Shown here piece after piece: positions 17,856-27,998 of a stretch of DNA of 43,517 nucleotides. Made by a program: the position numbers and the translations under genes. This DNA comes from Sulfurovum sp. (GTDB lineage: Bacteria > Campylobacterota > Campylobacteria > Campylobacterales > Sulfurovaceae): positions 1-43,517 of the forward strand of contig DYTF01000004.1 of the NCBI GenBank assembly GCA_020726105.1, in the 5' to 3' direction. Numbering within the stretch: the first letter of the stretch is position 1; each line of letters opens with the position of its first letter. Below the pieces are notes generated by a model, which did no database searches, had not been told where the DNA came from, and saw only the letters and a list, made by a program, of their open reading frames with translations.

Positions 17856-19217
17856 CTATGGGTCAATCAAGTCACCCATTTCTCGCTTGATGTCTTGCTG
17901 AATCAACAAAACATTAAGTGTATACTCTAACTGTTTTTGTTGTGCCTGAAGTGTCAATATCTCACGCTGATTGACCTCGAACAGACTGCTTGTGCCTGCT
18001 TGGTATTTTTTATTTTCAACCTTTTCAAGCTCTTCAACGAGCCTCATCTCTTCTTGAATACTTTGAAGATTTTGCTTATATACTTCTAGTGAGTAAAATA
18101 GATTGGTCAGATTGGTTTTGAGTTCTAGCATTAACTTGTTCTCCTCTTCATTAACCTGTGCCATACCTCTTTGAATCTCTACTTTTCTTCCCTCATATCC
18201 TGTTCTCTCAAGAGGGAAATCAAAATTTATTCCCACTTTCATTCCATTCCCGTATGTTATATCGTGTACACCATAAGCTGCGATACTCACATCTGGGTAT
18301 TGCGATAAAGCGTTATACTTGCCTTGTAGATTCAATTTTTCCTTTTTGAACTCAAGTGCCCTCAAATCAGACCGTTTTGCCAAGGCTTCGTCGATGGCTG
18401 TTTGCAAGGCAATCGTATGTTTTTTCAACACAGATAAATGAGGAAGTGTATAGCGTTCATTAAACTGATTTTTTGAGATATTAAGATACTTCAATAAAAT
18501 GTGAAAGGCATTGTGATAACTGTTTTTTGCCATAAGCACTCTTTGTTTGCGTTGTAAAATCTGCTGTTTTGCTTCTAGCAATGTTACCCCTGGAAGATCT
18601 CCTGAAGCAACTCTTTTTTGCGTAAAAGTAAATCGCTTCTGCGCTTTACTCAAGAGTGTTTTCTCCAGACTATCAATCTTCTGATAATACAAAAGTGTAT
18701 AGTACGAAACAATAACACTTGAGTATAACTTTCTTATGGAATTTTGTGCTTCAAGCTTAGATTGTGTTGCTTGCAGGTGTGCAGTATCAACATTATATTT
18801 ACGGTAATTAATATCATTCAATAAAGCAAAAACAGGTACTTTTACACCAATACGGTACTCCCCATCACTTCCAGTTTTAATATTATTATACTCTTGAACG
18901 CCCTGCGCATTTCTATAGTCTAGTACCAATTCTGTTCCATTTTCGGTAGGCTTTGATAGGCTCACATCTGAATACCTACCATCACTTAGCGGATACTCTT
19001 TGTTGTCAGAGTACGAAGAGAGCTTGGTGTCAAATGCACCCAATGACGCTTTTGCTCGTGCCTCGTCTATGTATTGTTTGCCTATGGCTGTATAGACATA
19101 AGGGTTTTCTTTGTTGAGATACCTTACAATCTGCTCTACCTTAAAAACCTCTTTCGCGCTTGTCTCGTTTGCCCATACCAACATCAGAAGCACAATGGTG
19201 GTTGCTTTATGGCTCAT
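17856..19217 (-). CDS. TolC-family outer membrane efflux/secretion protein
   Basis: N-terminal signal-like peptide, two helical OEP repeats, RSDLRAL, C-terminal EKVENKKYQAGTSSLFEVNQRE. ATGA overlap with the adaptor gene. Confidence 0.85.
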   Translation of the reverse strand: MSHKATTIVLLMLVWANETSAKEVFKVEQIVRYLNKENPYVYTAIGKQYIDEARAKASLGAFDTKLSSYSDNKEYPLSDGRYSDVSLSKPTENGTELVLDYRNAQGVQEYNNIKTGSDGEYRIGVKVPVFALLNDINYRKYNVDTAHLQATQSKLEAQNSIRKLYSSVIVSYYTLLYYQKIDSLEKTLLSKAQKRFTFTQKRVASGDLPGVTLLEAKQQILQRKQRVLMAKNSYHNAFHILLKYLNISKNQFNERYTLPHLSVLKKHTIALQTAIDEALAKRSDLRALEFKKEKLNLQGKYNALSQYPDVSIAAYGVHDITYGNGMKVGINFDFPLERTGYEGRKVEIQRGMAQVNEEENKLMLELKTNLTNLFYSLEVYKQNLQSIQEEMRLVEELEKVENKKYQAGTSSLFEVNQREILTLQAQQKQLEYTLNVLLIQQDIKREMGDLIDP

Positions 19218-20488
19218 TGCTTTTTACCTGGGGTAAGCATATTGGGAGGAAAGGCATTCATAGATCTCCACAGCTGATACCAAACAGGTACAGTAGATAA
19301 CGCGACCCATACTGTCGCACTCGTACCCACCCGAAGCTCAGTGACTGCTGGCCAAGGCTCTTTCGGGTCTTCTACAACATAAGCATAATAGTATCCTTTT
19401 TCATGTGCCACTGGATCTACTTTTTTGATGATACCGCCAAAAGTTCCAAAACGAATCAAGGGCCAGCCAGGAATGTTGAGCACCGGCCATCCATAGAACC
19501 GTATTCTTACGCGCAAATCTTCTTTGATGAGTGGCATATTAAAATCGGTGATTTTAAGCAAGATAGCCCTTGCTGTAATGTCTGGTGAAAACTGAATAAC
19601 AGGCTCTCCTTTTTTGACATAAGTATTTTTATCATTTCTTAATATTCGTACCACTGTACCATTTTTTTGAGCCAAAACTTCTGCGGTTTCATAGCGCGCA
19701 ATATCCGTAAACTGTCTTTCTTGTTCTCGCTTCAAAGCATTAAGACGCGTTTGTGCAGAGAGGATTGTATTTTCTATTGTTCTTAGCGTATTTGCTATCT
19801 CTTCAAGAAACTGTTTTTCTTCTTCTTTTATCACACTGAGGTGTCTTTTTTGAATATTGATATCAATGTCTATTTTTTCCAACTTGGCTTTTTCACCAAT
19901 ATAGATATTGTGTGCCCTTTCATATGTTCGTTTTGATTCAATTTTTGCTTTGTAGAGTTTTTTTATTCTCGTATAATTATTAAGCTCCGTTACATAGCTA
20001 CTTAGTTGTGCTTTTCGCTTTAGTCCAATGCTCTCTAACTTCTCTTGTGCTTGCACATAGCGTTTATCAAAGAGTTCAAAACGAATCTTTTTTTGCTCTA
20101 ACATACTTTTTTTATTTTCTTGTAGTGCTTTTACCTCTTCCTCGGTATTGTTGCATTGTTGCTGCAAACTCTCCTTCATGCTATATATTCGTTTTACATA
20201 CTCTTTATCCAAATCGGTCATAGTAAAGAGTTTTGAGCCTTTAAGCACATGCGTATCTTCATCTGCAAAATAGGCATCAATAAAACCATCAATCGTCGCA
20301 GAAATAGTATGCATCCTTTCAGTTGGGTCGTAAGCAATAAGCTCTCCCCCTCCCTCAACAGTTTGTCTCCACGGTAAAAAAAGCACTCCAATGAAAAAAA
20401 GCAATATAAAGAGACTCACATACCATATTTTCTCAGCATAAGGGTTGGTCTGTGTCAGATTGAGTGCTTTAAATTCAAATTTTTTCAT
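19214..20488 (-). CDS. HlyD-family membrane fusion (adaptor) protein
   Basis: N-terminal TM (LPWRQTVEGGG), split lipoyl motifs, long coiled coil, VRIRFYGWP...GWP...GTFGG, VPVWYQLWRSMNAFPP. Confidence 0.88.
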   Translation of the reverse strand: MKKFEFKALNLTQTNPYAEKIWYVSLFILLFFIGVLFLPWRQTVEGGGELIAYDPTERMHTISATIDGFIDAYFADEDTHVLKGSKLFTMTDLDKEYVKRIYSMKESLQQQCNNTEEEVKALQENKKSMLEQKKIRFELFDKRYVQAQEKLESIGLKRKAQLSSYVTELNNYTRIKKLYKAKIESKRTYERAHNIYIGEKAKLEKIDIDINIQKRHLSVIKEEEKQFLEEIANTLRTIENTILSAQTRLNALKREQERQFTDIARYETAEVLAQKNGTVVRILRNDKNTYVKKGEPVIQFSPDITARAILLKITDFNMPLIKEDLRVRIRFYGWPVLNIPGWPLIRFGTFGGIIKKVDPVAHEKGYYYAYVVEDPKEPWPAVTELRVGTSATVWVALSTVPVWYQLWRSMNAFPPNMLTPGKKQ

Positions 20489-21441
20489 ACTGCTTGACTT
20501 CCTAGTCCCGCTGATAATTTATGAACCTTATAGAAACCTTCTATCGTATCGTAGATGTAATCAAGCTGCTTAACAAATCCTTTGAGTGAGTAGGTTATAG
20601 AAGTTACAATGATTTCTGCTGCTACAAATTCACCCAAAGGTAGCCTTCCGTTGATTACTAAATACCCGCCTAGAACCAAAAATACAGTAAAGATTAGTCC
20701 TTCAATAAAATAGGTAAATCCAAGTTGTTTAATGATGACATTAAAAAAACTCTGTCTCGCTTTTACATAATGACTCAAGTGTGTATCAAATTTCTCTAAA
20801 ATTTCATCATTATTGCCCTCTTCATCTTTAATGTTTTGTACAAAAAAGATACTTGAGTGTTTTGCATCCGATCGGCTCAATGCAAGTGAAACACCCGTTC
20901 GCCCCAAGAACAACAAGACCCATATATACCCTGTAAAAAATACAACGCCCGCAAAAAATAGCATCGGATCAAATGCTAACAATAAGAGCATACTCACAAT
21001 CATCTTAATCACAACACCAACACCATCCAATAATAAAATAGGAAAAACTTTCTGGATAGATATCACATCAAAAAAATAATTCATCAGTTTTTTATATACC
21101 TTTGGGTCGACCAAATTTTTACTGCGTAGCTCCAAAGCTTTGAGTGCTATTTCAATACCCGCTTTTAAGAAAACTTTCTGTTGGAATTTTTCAATGATGT
21201 ACTCTTTGATGACTTGTAAAATTGTTACAAACACAAACAAAACCATAATGACAAAACCAAGCATATAGACCGAAAATGAAGCGTGTGCCAAAATACTGTT
21301 TATCACAAAGGATGATGCTAACGGGATTGACAAGACAAGTAGTGCATCAAGAAGTGAATAATAAAGAAGATTGAAAACATTTTTTTTATCTTGTTGTATG
21401 ATTTTTTTTACATTATCAAATACAATATCATTGGTATCCAT
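20485..21441 (-). CDS. ABC transporter transmembrane-domain-only protein (type I secretion/exporter-like, no NBD)
   Basis: About 6 TM ABC_membrane fold with GGYLVINGRLPLGEFVAAEII. Ends about 35 aa later with no Walker A/B or LSGGQ. Stop overlaps the HlyD start. Confidence 0.8.
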   Translation of the reverse strand: MDTNDIVFDNVKKIIQQDKKNVFNLLYYSLLDALLVLSIPLASSFVINSILAHASFSVYMLGFVIMVLFVFVTILQVIKEYIIEKFQQKVFLKAGIEIALKALELRSKNLVDPKVYKKLMNYFFDVISIQKVFPILLLDGVGVVIKMIVSMLLLLAFDPMLFFAGVVFFTGYIWVLLFLGRTGVSLALSRSDAKHSSIFFVQNIKDEEGNNDEILEKFDTHLSHYVKARQSFFNVIIKQLGFTYFIEGLIFTVFLVLGGYLVINGRLPLGEFVAAEIIVTSITYSLKGFVKQLDYIYDTIEGFYKVHKLSAGLGSQAV

Positions 21442-21511
21442 AAAAAATATCCTTTGATGTCAAGAGACTGGGTAAATTAGACTACGAGAAGGAGATACCT
21501 CTCCTCGTTCT

Positions 21512-23002
21512 TTAGTAGCCGCTTGCGCTTATCATGTAGTAAAGGTATGAAAGAAGTGCTTGTACATAGAAAATCGCTCCTATCGTAGCAAATGTTGCAA
21601 AACCGATAATCACCATGAGTGGTTTTGAAAGGTTATAGTAAATCGTATCGACATCTTTGATAGGGTCTTTAAGAAACATAAATACAATCAACTTCAAATA
21701 ATAATATGCAGCAATCGCCGAGTTAAGTCCCATCACAACGGCAAGCCAAACATAGCCTGCATTGACAGCAGCCTGCATCACATAAATCTTTCCCCAAAAT
21801 ACCGAGAATGGAGGTACCCCTGCTAGCGAGAGCATAAACACACCCATCACCACTGCGCCTATTGGCATGATTTTGATAAACCCTGCAAATTTTTCGTATG
21901 GATGGTCATAGTCGATGTCAAAGCGTCTTGTTTTATGTCGTGAGATCCAAAGCATTGCAAATGCACCTAAATTCGTAAACATAAAGAGTGCGTAGTAAAG
22001 GAAGATACCGGTATTTCCCTCTGTGGTATCAAGTGCCAATGCTGCCACAATAAAACCAGCATGAGAGATAGAAGAGTACGCTAGCATACGCTTCACATCA
22101 TTTTGTACCAGTGCCATGATGTTAGACAATGTCATTGTGATGACTGCAATGCCTAAAATCATCCATCTTACCCACTCAACACCCAAGTCAATATACATAC
22201 CGAAAATTCTGATACTCACAACAAATGCCGCAATTTTTGGCACAACAGACATGTATCCTGCCAAAGGAGAAGAGGCGCCTTCATAAACATCGGGTACCCA
22301 TGTATGGAAAGGAAATAGTGACAGTTTAAATGCAAACGCCACCATCAACAAAACCGATGAGCCAAAAATGCTAATCATCAATCCTGTCTCATTCATGCGA
22401 CCTGCAAGCACTTCTGCGACTTTGTAGAGTTCTACTGAGCCTGTTAAAGCATACACTACAGCTGAACCCATCGCAAAAAAACCAGCCGCGAGTGCACCCA
22501 TAGTAAAATACTTCACCGCTGCTTCATAGGAGTTGCTTCTATTGTGTAAAGCTATGAGTGTATAAAGCGAGAGTGACGCCGTCTCAAGTCCTACAAAGAT
22601 GAGAATGAGATTGTCTGAAGCCACCATAAACTGGAACCCTGCAATCATAAACAAGAACAGTGCAAAAAATTCAGGATACGAATACTCATGAAATCTTTTG
22701 GATGTCAGTGCCAAAGGCGTAAATATCATCGAACCAACGATGATGAGCAGTTGAGAGATAATGGAGATACCATCTATGAGCATCACATCAAAAAAGCCCC
22801 GTTCATTTACATTCAATCCCATCACTGCACCAAAATCAATAAAAAGCACTAAAATAGTAAGCATCACATAAAGAGATTTGTGTATTTTATCATTGAGTAA
22901 ATCAATGATTAAGATAATCAATCCACCGATTATAGCAATAAGCATCGGTGCAAGCGTAATAAGGTTTAGGCTTTCCAACCCCACTTTAATTGGCTCTAGC
23001 AT
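21512..23002 (-). CDS. nuoN: NADH-quinone oxidoreductase subunit N
   Basis: EAAVKYF, FKLSLFPFHTWVPDVYEG, KRMLAYSSISHAG, SLAGVPP. Confidence 0.96.
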   Translation of the reverse strand: MLEPIKVGLESLNLITLAPMLIAIIGGLIILIIDLLNDKIHKSLYVMLTILVLFIDFGAVMGLNVNERGFFDVMLIDGISIISQLLIIVGSMIFTPLALTSKRFHEYSYPEFFALFLFMIAGFQFMVASDNLILIFVGLETASLSLYTLIALHNRSNSYEAAVKYFTMGALAAGFFAMGSAVVYALTGSVELYKVAEVLAGRMNETGLMISIFGSSVLLMVAFAFKLSLFPFHTWVPDVYEGASSPLAGYMSVVPKIAAFVVSIRIFGMYIDLGVEWVRWMILGIAVITMTLSNIMALVQNDVKRMLAYSSISHAGFIVAALALDTTEGNTGIFLYYALFMFTNLGAFAMLWISRHKTRRFDIDYDHPYEKFAGFIKIMPIGAVVMGVFMLSLAGVPPFSVFWGKIYVMQAAVNAGYVWLAVVMGLNSAIAAYYYLKLIVFMFLKDPIKDVDTIYYNLSKPLMVIIGFATFATIGAIFYVQALLSYLYYMISASGY

Positions 23003-24528
23003 TAGTTGTCTCCCTTTGTTGTGTCGCTAAGGCGTATCGTCTCTTTTGCCTCTTGTGTGATTGCTTTCTCTTCCATAAAACTTAACAATGCTTTGACTGA
23101 ATTGTCAATGGGTGCTAGTATGGGTTTTGGATATACACCCAGCCAAATCACAATGACTACCAAGGGGATAAGCGACAAAGTCTCTCTGGTGTTTAAATCG
23201 TTTAGTTTTTTGTTCTCTTCATTATTGAGTGGGCCAAAAAAGGTTTGCTTCATCACGCGAAGCATATACGCAGCGCCCAAAATAATGGAAGTACCCGCCA
23301 AGATAGTCATCACAGGCGAGACCTGATAAAATCCTAGAAGTACCAAAAATTCACCAACAAAACCAATAGTAAGTGGTAAACCGACTGATGCCATGAGCAT
23401 AATGCCAAATATAACTGCAAATTTTGGCATCACGGCTGCGATACCGCCAAATTCTGACATCAGCTTTGTGTGTCTTCGCTCATAAATCATACCCACGAGC
23501 ATAAACAGTGCGCCTGATACTATCCCGTGAGACAACATTTGAAAGACTGAACCACTTAACCCTTCAGCGTTCATCGCAAAAAGTCCTAACATGATAATCC
23601 CCATGTGTGATACTGAAGAGTAGGCAATTACTTGCTTGATGTCTTTTTGCGCATAGGCTATCATCGCGGTGTAGATAATCATAATGAGCGACAGTACCGC
23701 AATGGGCGTAATAGCAAGTACGGAAGCATCAGGAAACATTGGAAGCGAAAATCGTACAAACCCATAAGTACCCATCTTGAGCAATACAGCTGCAAGGATA
23801 ACCGAACCGATAGTGGGTGCTTGCCCATGGGCATAGGGAATCCAAGTATGAAACGGAAACATCGGCACTTTAATCGCAAACCCAATAAAAAATGCAGCAA
23901 AGAGCCATAATTGATAGTTGACAGGAAGCACCAATGCATACCAATCGGTAATAGCAAAACTCCAGACGCCCGTAAGGCTGTGATAAACATAGGCTACAAA
24001 TAACATTCCTACGAGCATTATCAGTGAGCCTGTAAAGGTGTAGAGAAAAAACTTAATGGCAGCATAAACCCTAAGTGGCCCACCCCATGCACCAATAATA
24101 TAAAGCATCGGTACCAAAGAAAGTTCCCAAAAAAGATAGAAAAGTATCGCATCCAGAGCCACAAATACACCAACCATTGTCATCTCCAAGAATAGAAGAG
24201 ACAAAATCATATTTTTAATATTTTTTGTCTCACCCATACTTGCCATACCAATGAGCGTCATCAGTGTTGTCATCACAATAATAAAAAGCGATATCCCGTC
24301 TGCTCCAAGATAATACGAAATCCCCATATCTGGAATGAGTGGAATCATCTCTACAAACTGCATACCAGGGTTTGCCATATCAAAACCTAACCATAACCAT
24401 AGTGAGAGTAGAAATTCGATACTCACCACAGTGATACCATAGGTTCTGATACTATTTTTATCTACTACAAATCCCAACAGTCCTGCAACTGCGGGAAAAA
24501 ATACCAATACACTTAAAATATTTTCCAT
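23002..24528 (-). CDS. nuoM: NADH-quinone oxidoreductase subunit M
   Basis: FYLFWE, AIKVPMFPFHTW, LLKMGTYG, IAYSSVSHMG, GFVGE. Confidence 0.96.
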   Translation of the reverse strand: MENILSVLVFFPAVAGLLGFVVDKNSIRTYGITVVSIEFLLSLWLWLGFDMANPGMQFVEMIPLIPDMGISYYLGADGISLFIIVMTTLMTLIGMASMGETKNIKNMILSLLFLEMTMVGVFVALDAILFYLFWELSLVPMLYIIGAWGGPLRVYAAIKFFLYTFTGSLIMLVGMLFVAYVYHSLTGVWSFAITDWYALVLPVNYQLWLFAAFFIGFAIKVPMFPFHTWIPYAHGQAPTIGSVILAAVLLKMGTYGFVRFSLPMFPDASVLAITPIAVLSLIMIIYTAMIAYAQKDIKQVIAYSSVSHMGIIMLGLFAMNAEGLSGSVFQMLSHGIVSGALFMLVGMIYERRHTKLMSEFGGIAAVMPKFAVIFGIMLMASVGLPLTIGFVGEFLVLLGFYQVSPVMTILAGTSIILGAAYMLRVMKQTFFGPLNNEENKKLNDLNTRETLSLIPLVVIVIWLGVYPKPILAPIDNSVKALLSFMEEKAITQEAKETIRLSDTTKGDN

Positions 24529-24537
24529 ACTCTCCCC

Positions 24538-26460
24538 TTAGCCTATCATCGCCGAAATTGTAGCGATAACCAATAACAATACCGCACCTACAGCCATCCA
24601 ATTGAGATAATTTGAAAGGTTACCTGACTGCATACTTCTTGTTTTGTCGCCCGCATCATAAAGGAACTTTCCGATACCATCAACAGTTGCATCGACTATT
24701 TTCAAATCTACCTCTGTCCAAAATTTCTCAGAAATCATCATATAGGGCTTCGTAATCAACTCTTCGTAAAGTTTTGGCACATAATATTGATTTTTAAGTA
24801 ATTGATAAAAGAACCCGCTCTCTTTTTCTTCGTTGCGTTTAAAGGCATGTACTCCTGTTCTTGCATATTTCAAGTAAGCCAAAACAATACCACTTAGGGC
24901 AAAGAAGATGACAATCAAACCCAAATAAGTTGCCAAATGATGTGTATGTTCTGACATCTCATACTGTACGCTTTCACCAATCTGATAGATGAATGCTTTA
25001 TAGCTCCCCATAAACCACCCTGTAATGATGGCAAGCACTGCCAAAGGTGACATCGCGATGAGTACATATCTATACATTTCATGCGGATGAAAACCCAGTG
25101 GCGTATGTCTGTCTTCACCATAAAATGTTAAAAATACCTGTCTAAATGAATAAAATGCTGTCATTCCTGCTGTAATCATCAACATAATCCACAATATATA
25201 AGTATGTTCATTAAACGCCGTCTCGATAATCGCATCTTTTGACCAAAATCCTGCCAAAGGAGGCAATCCCGCGAGTGCTACAGAGGCAATGGTCATATAG
25301 ATCCATGTGCCTTTCATTTTCTTGCGCAAATTACCCATCTTGAAGAGGTCAAGTTCATCATGCATCGCGTGCATAACATTACCCCCTCCAAGAAAAAGAA
25401 GTGCTTTAAAGAAGGCGTGGGCCGCAAGGTGAAAGAGTGCTATCCAGTAAGCACCAAGACCTGCTGCTGCAAACATATACCCCAGCTGCGAAAGAGTAGA
25501 ATAGGCGATAATTCTTTTAAGGTCACGCTCAACCAGTGCCATAGAAGCGGCATAAAACGCAACAAATGTACCCAATGAGGCGATAAAGAAACTAACACCT
25601 GAAACCTCTGGCATGCTATATAAAGGGTTAGAGCGGATCACCAAAAATACCCCTGCGGTTACCATGGTAGCAGCGTGAATCAAAGCCGAAACAGGTGTCG
25701 GTCCCTCCATCGCATCGGTTAGCCATGTATGCAACGGAAACTGTGCAGATTTACCCATCGCACCGATGAAGAGTGCTATCGCAGCACCGACTAGTACTGT
25801 TTCACTCAGGTAAGGCAGTTGTGCAAAGACTTCATCATATTGGAGTGAGCCTGTGTTCCAGTAGAGTATAAAGATACCGATTAACATCCCAAGGTCAGCA
25901 ATACGGTTCATAATAAAGGCTTCATTGGCAGCCCATGAGGGAGAGATAGAAGGGTTTTCTTCTCTTGTTTTATCGGCTTTGTGATACCAAAAACCAACCA
26001 GTAGCCAAGAACAGACTCCCACGCCTTCCCAGCCGATGAAAAGTCCAAGGAAGTTATCTGACATCACGAGTATCATCATAGAGAACACAAAGGCAGACAG
26101 ATAGGAGAAAAATCGGTTGAAACTCTTATCGTGATCCATATACCCGATGGCATACACATGCACGATTGCTGAGACGAGTGACACCACAGTCATCATCGTT
26201 ACAGAAATCTGATCGACCACAAATCCGAATGAAACAGAAAAGTCGCCCGCTTGAATCCAATCCATCATACGCACATGTACCACCGTACCAGTTGTGTAGA
26301 GAGTGTATGCCAATATGGATGATGACACAAAAGCAAGACCTATAAACAAAGAACCGACTATGCCAACAAATATCTTTCGTGGCGTCATACCAAAAAGTGC
26401 GGCAAAAAGAGAGCCTGCCAAGGGGGCAAACAGTGCAATATATACAAATTTTTCCATCAT
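24538..26460 (-). CDS. nuoL: NADH-quinone oxidoreductase subunit L
   Basis: GWEGVG, GKSAQFPLHTWLTDAMEGPTPVSALIHAATMVTAG, AYSTLSQLG, HAFFKALLFL. Confidence 0.97.
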   Translation of the reverse strand: MMEKFVYIALFAPLAGSLFAALFGMTPRKIFVGIVGSLFIGLAFVSSSILAYTLYTTGTVVHVRMMDWIQAGDFSVSFGFVVDQISVTMMTVVSLVSAIVHVYAIGYMDHDKSFNRFFSYLSAFVFSMMILVMSDNFLGLFIGWEGVGVCSWLLVGFWYHKADKTREENPSISPSWAANEAFIMNRIADLGMLIGIFILYWNTGSLQYDEVFAQLPYLSETVLVGAAIALFIGAMGKSAQFPLHTWLTDAMEGPTPVSALIHAATMVTAGVFLVIRSNPLYSMPEVSGVSFFIASLGTFVAFYAASMALVERDLKRIIAYSTLSQLGYMFAAAGLGAYWIALFHLAAHAFFKALLFLGGGNVMHAMHDELDLFKMGNLRKKMKGTWIYMTIASVALAGLPPLAGFWSKDAIIETAFNEHTYILWIMLMITAGMTAFYSFRQVFLTFYGEDRHTPLGFHPHEMYRYVLIAMSPLAVLAIITGWFMGSYKAFIYQIGESVQYEMSEHTHHLATYLGLIVIFFALSGIVLAYLKYARTGVHAFKRNEEKESGFFYQLLKNQYYVPKLYEELITKPYMMISEKFWTEVDLKIVDATVDGIGKFLYDAGDKTRSMQSGNLSNYLNWMAVGAVLLLVIATISAMIG

Positions 26461-26762
26461 TATCCTCTCATGCTTGCGAGATCATCAAGATCGAGGCTGC
26501 CGTGTTTTTTATACAACACAATCAAAATACCCAACCCCACTGCTACTTCAGCAGCTGCGATTGCAATAATAAAAAATGCAAACATTTGCCCTGTTAAATC
26601 ATGATAATAGTATGAAATAGCCGCGAAAGCGATATTGACCGCATTAAGCATCACTTCTGTTGCAAAAAAAAGCATCAAAAGGTTTCTTCTTCTGAGTACA
26701 CCAACTAATCCTATAGAAAAGAGTAGTGCGGAGATGATAAGGTAGTGCGTAAGGGTTATCAT
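26460..26762 (-). CDS. nuoK: NADH-quinone oxidoreductase subunit K
   Basis: RRNLL, EVMLNA, AAAEVAVGL. Confidence 0.96.
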   Translation of the reverse strand: MITLTHYLIISALLFSIGLVGVLRRRNLLMLFFATEVMLNAVNIAFAAISYYYHDLTGQMFAFFIIAIAAAEVAVGLGILIVLYKKHGSLDLDDLASMRG

Positions 26763-27352
26763 TTTTCATCCTTTATTATCATGATTTCATCATCTGCACC
26801 CATATCTTCAGTCAAACTCTGATCCATTTTTTTACCTGCAAGAATAATGCCTGCTATCATCGCAACTAAGAGCATGAGGGCTGCAACTTCAAATGGAACT
26901 AAATATTTGGTAAAAAGGACAATGCCCACATTTTGTGCATTTCCTGCACTTTCTGTTATAGGATAAAGTGCTTCAATATTGTCAGAAAAGAGTGGTGCTG
27001 AAAACATCAAGACTAAAACCAAGGCTGAAAGTCCCCCCAACACAAATACCAATAATCCATTTGTATTTTTCTCTTTAATGTCCTTAGTCGCATCAAAAAA
27101 CATCATTGCAAAGGCATACAGAGCCATAATCGCACCCACATACACCACAAGCTGCACTACGCCTAAAAAGTCTGCTTCTAACAAGAAGAAAAAACCCGAA
27201 ATAAGCACCATTCCTGCTGCGAGTGCTGTCATCGCATAAAGAATATTTTTACTAAAAACTGTAATCAAAAAAAGCCCTATCGTTAACGCAGAAAAGAGAT
27301 AAAAAGCAAACCCTTCTGGCGTTAAAAATGCATTTATAAAGTTTTCAAACAT
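26759..27352 (-). CDS. nuoJ: NADH-quinone oxidoreductase subunit J
   Basis: QLVVYVGAI, YLVPFEVAALMLLVAMIAG. Confidence 0.95.
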   Translation of the reverse strand: MFENFINAFLTPEGFAFYLFSALTIGLFLITVFSKNILYAMTALAAGMVLISGFFFLLEADFLGVVQLVVYVGAIMALYAFAMMFFDATKDIKEKNTNGLLVFVLGGLSALVLVLMFSAPLFSDNIEALYPITESAGNAQNVGIVLFTKYLVPFEVAALMLLVAMIAGIILAGKKMDQSLTEDMGADDEIMIIKDEK

Positions 27353-27364
27353 ATACCATTCTCC

Positions 27365-27988
27365 TTAATACGCTAATGGCGTTTTTTTAATTGTGTCATC
27401 AGCATTGGGAGAGATTGCACCAAAGCCATCATACTCTTGCTGTAAATTAAGCGTATCAATAGGAGTCAGCATATCTTCAAAGAGAGAAAATCCTGCTCTT
27501 TGCTCTGACGCATTTTCATAGCGTGGTCCATGCACGATGGCAAGCTCAGGACACACTTCAGCGCAGTATCCGCAAAAAATACAACGACCGAAGTTAATCG
27601 TATATTCGCTCACTTCTTTACGCTGATTTTCATCATAACGCGTGTCCATAGAGATGCAGTTAGAGATACAAATCTTTTCACACAACCCACAACCGATACA
27701 ACGGTAACTACCGCTCTCAAGCAGTCTGAGCATATCATGAATGGCTCTGTATCTAGGAGAAATAGGGAGTTTTTCAAAGGGATATTTGACTGTAGCCATA
27801 TCTCCTTTAAATAGCGCATTAATCATCTCTCGAAGTGTAACCCAAAGCCCCACAAAAAGCTCACCCTTGAGGCTTCTTTTTACGACTTGCATGAATGTTT
27901 GCATCGCACCTACTGGAGCGTGACCCACATCTATGGTTGCATAGTGCTGTGTGCCTATATTTCTATTTTTGAAATGTTCTAAACTCAT
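27365..27988 (-). CDS. nuoI: NADH-quinone oxidoreductase subunit I
   Basis: Two 4Fe-4S motifs, CIGCGLCEKIC and CIFCGYCAEVCP. Confidence 0.96.
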   Translation of the reverse strand: MSLEHFKNRNIGTQHYATIDVGHAPVGAMQTFMQVVKRSLKGELFVGLWVTLREMINALFKGDMATVKYPFEKLPISPRYRAIHDMLRLLESGSYRCIGCGLCEKICISNCISMDTRYDENQRKEVSEYTINFGRCIFCGYCAEVCPELAIVHGPRYENASEQRAGFSLFEDMLTPIDTLNLQQEYDGFGAISPNADDTIKKTPLAY

Positions 27989-27998
27989 CTTAGACTCC

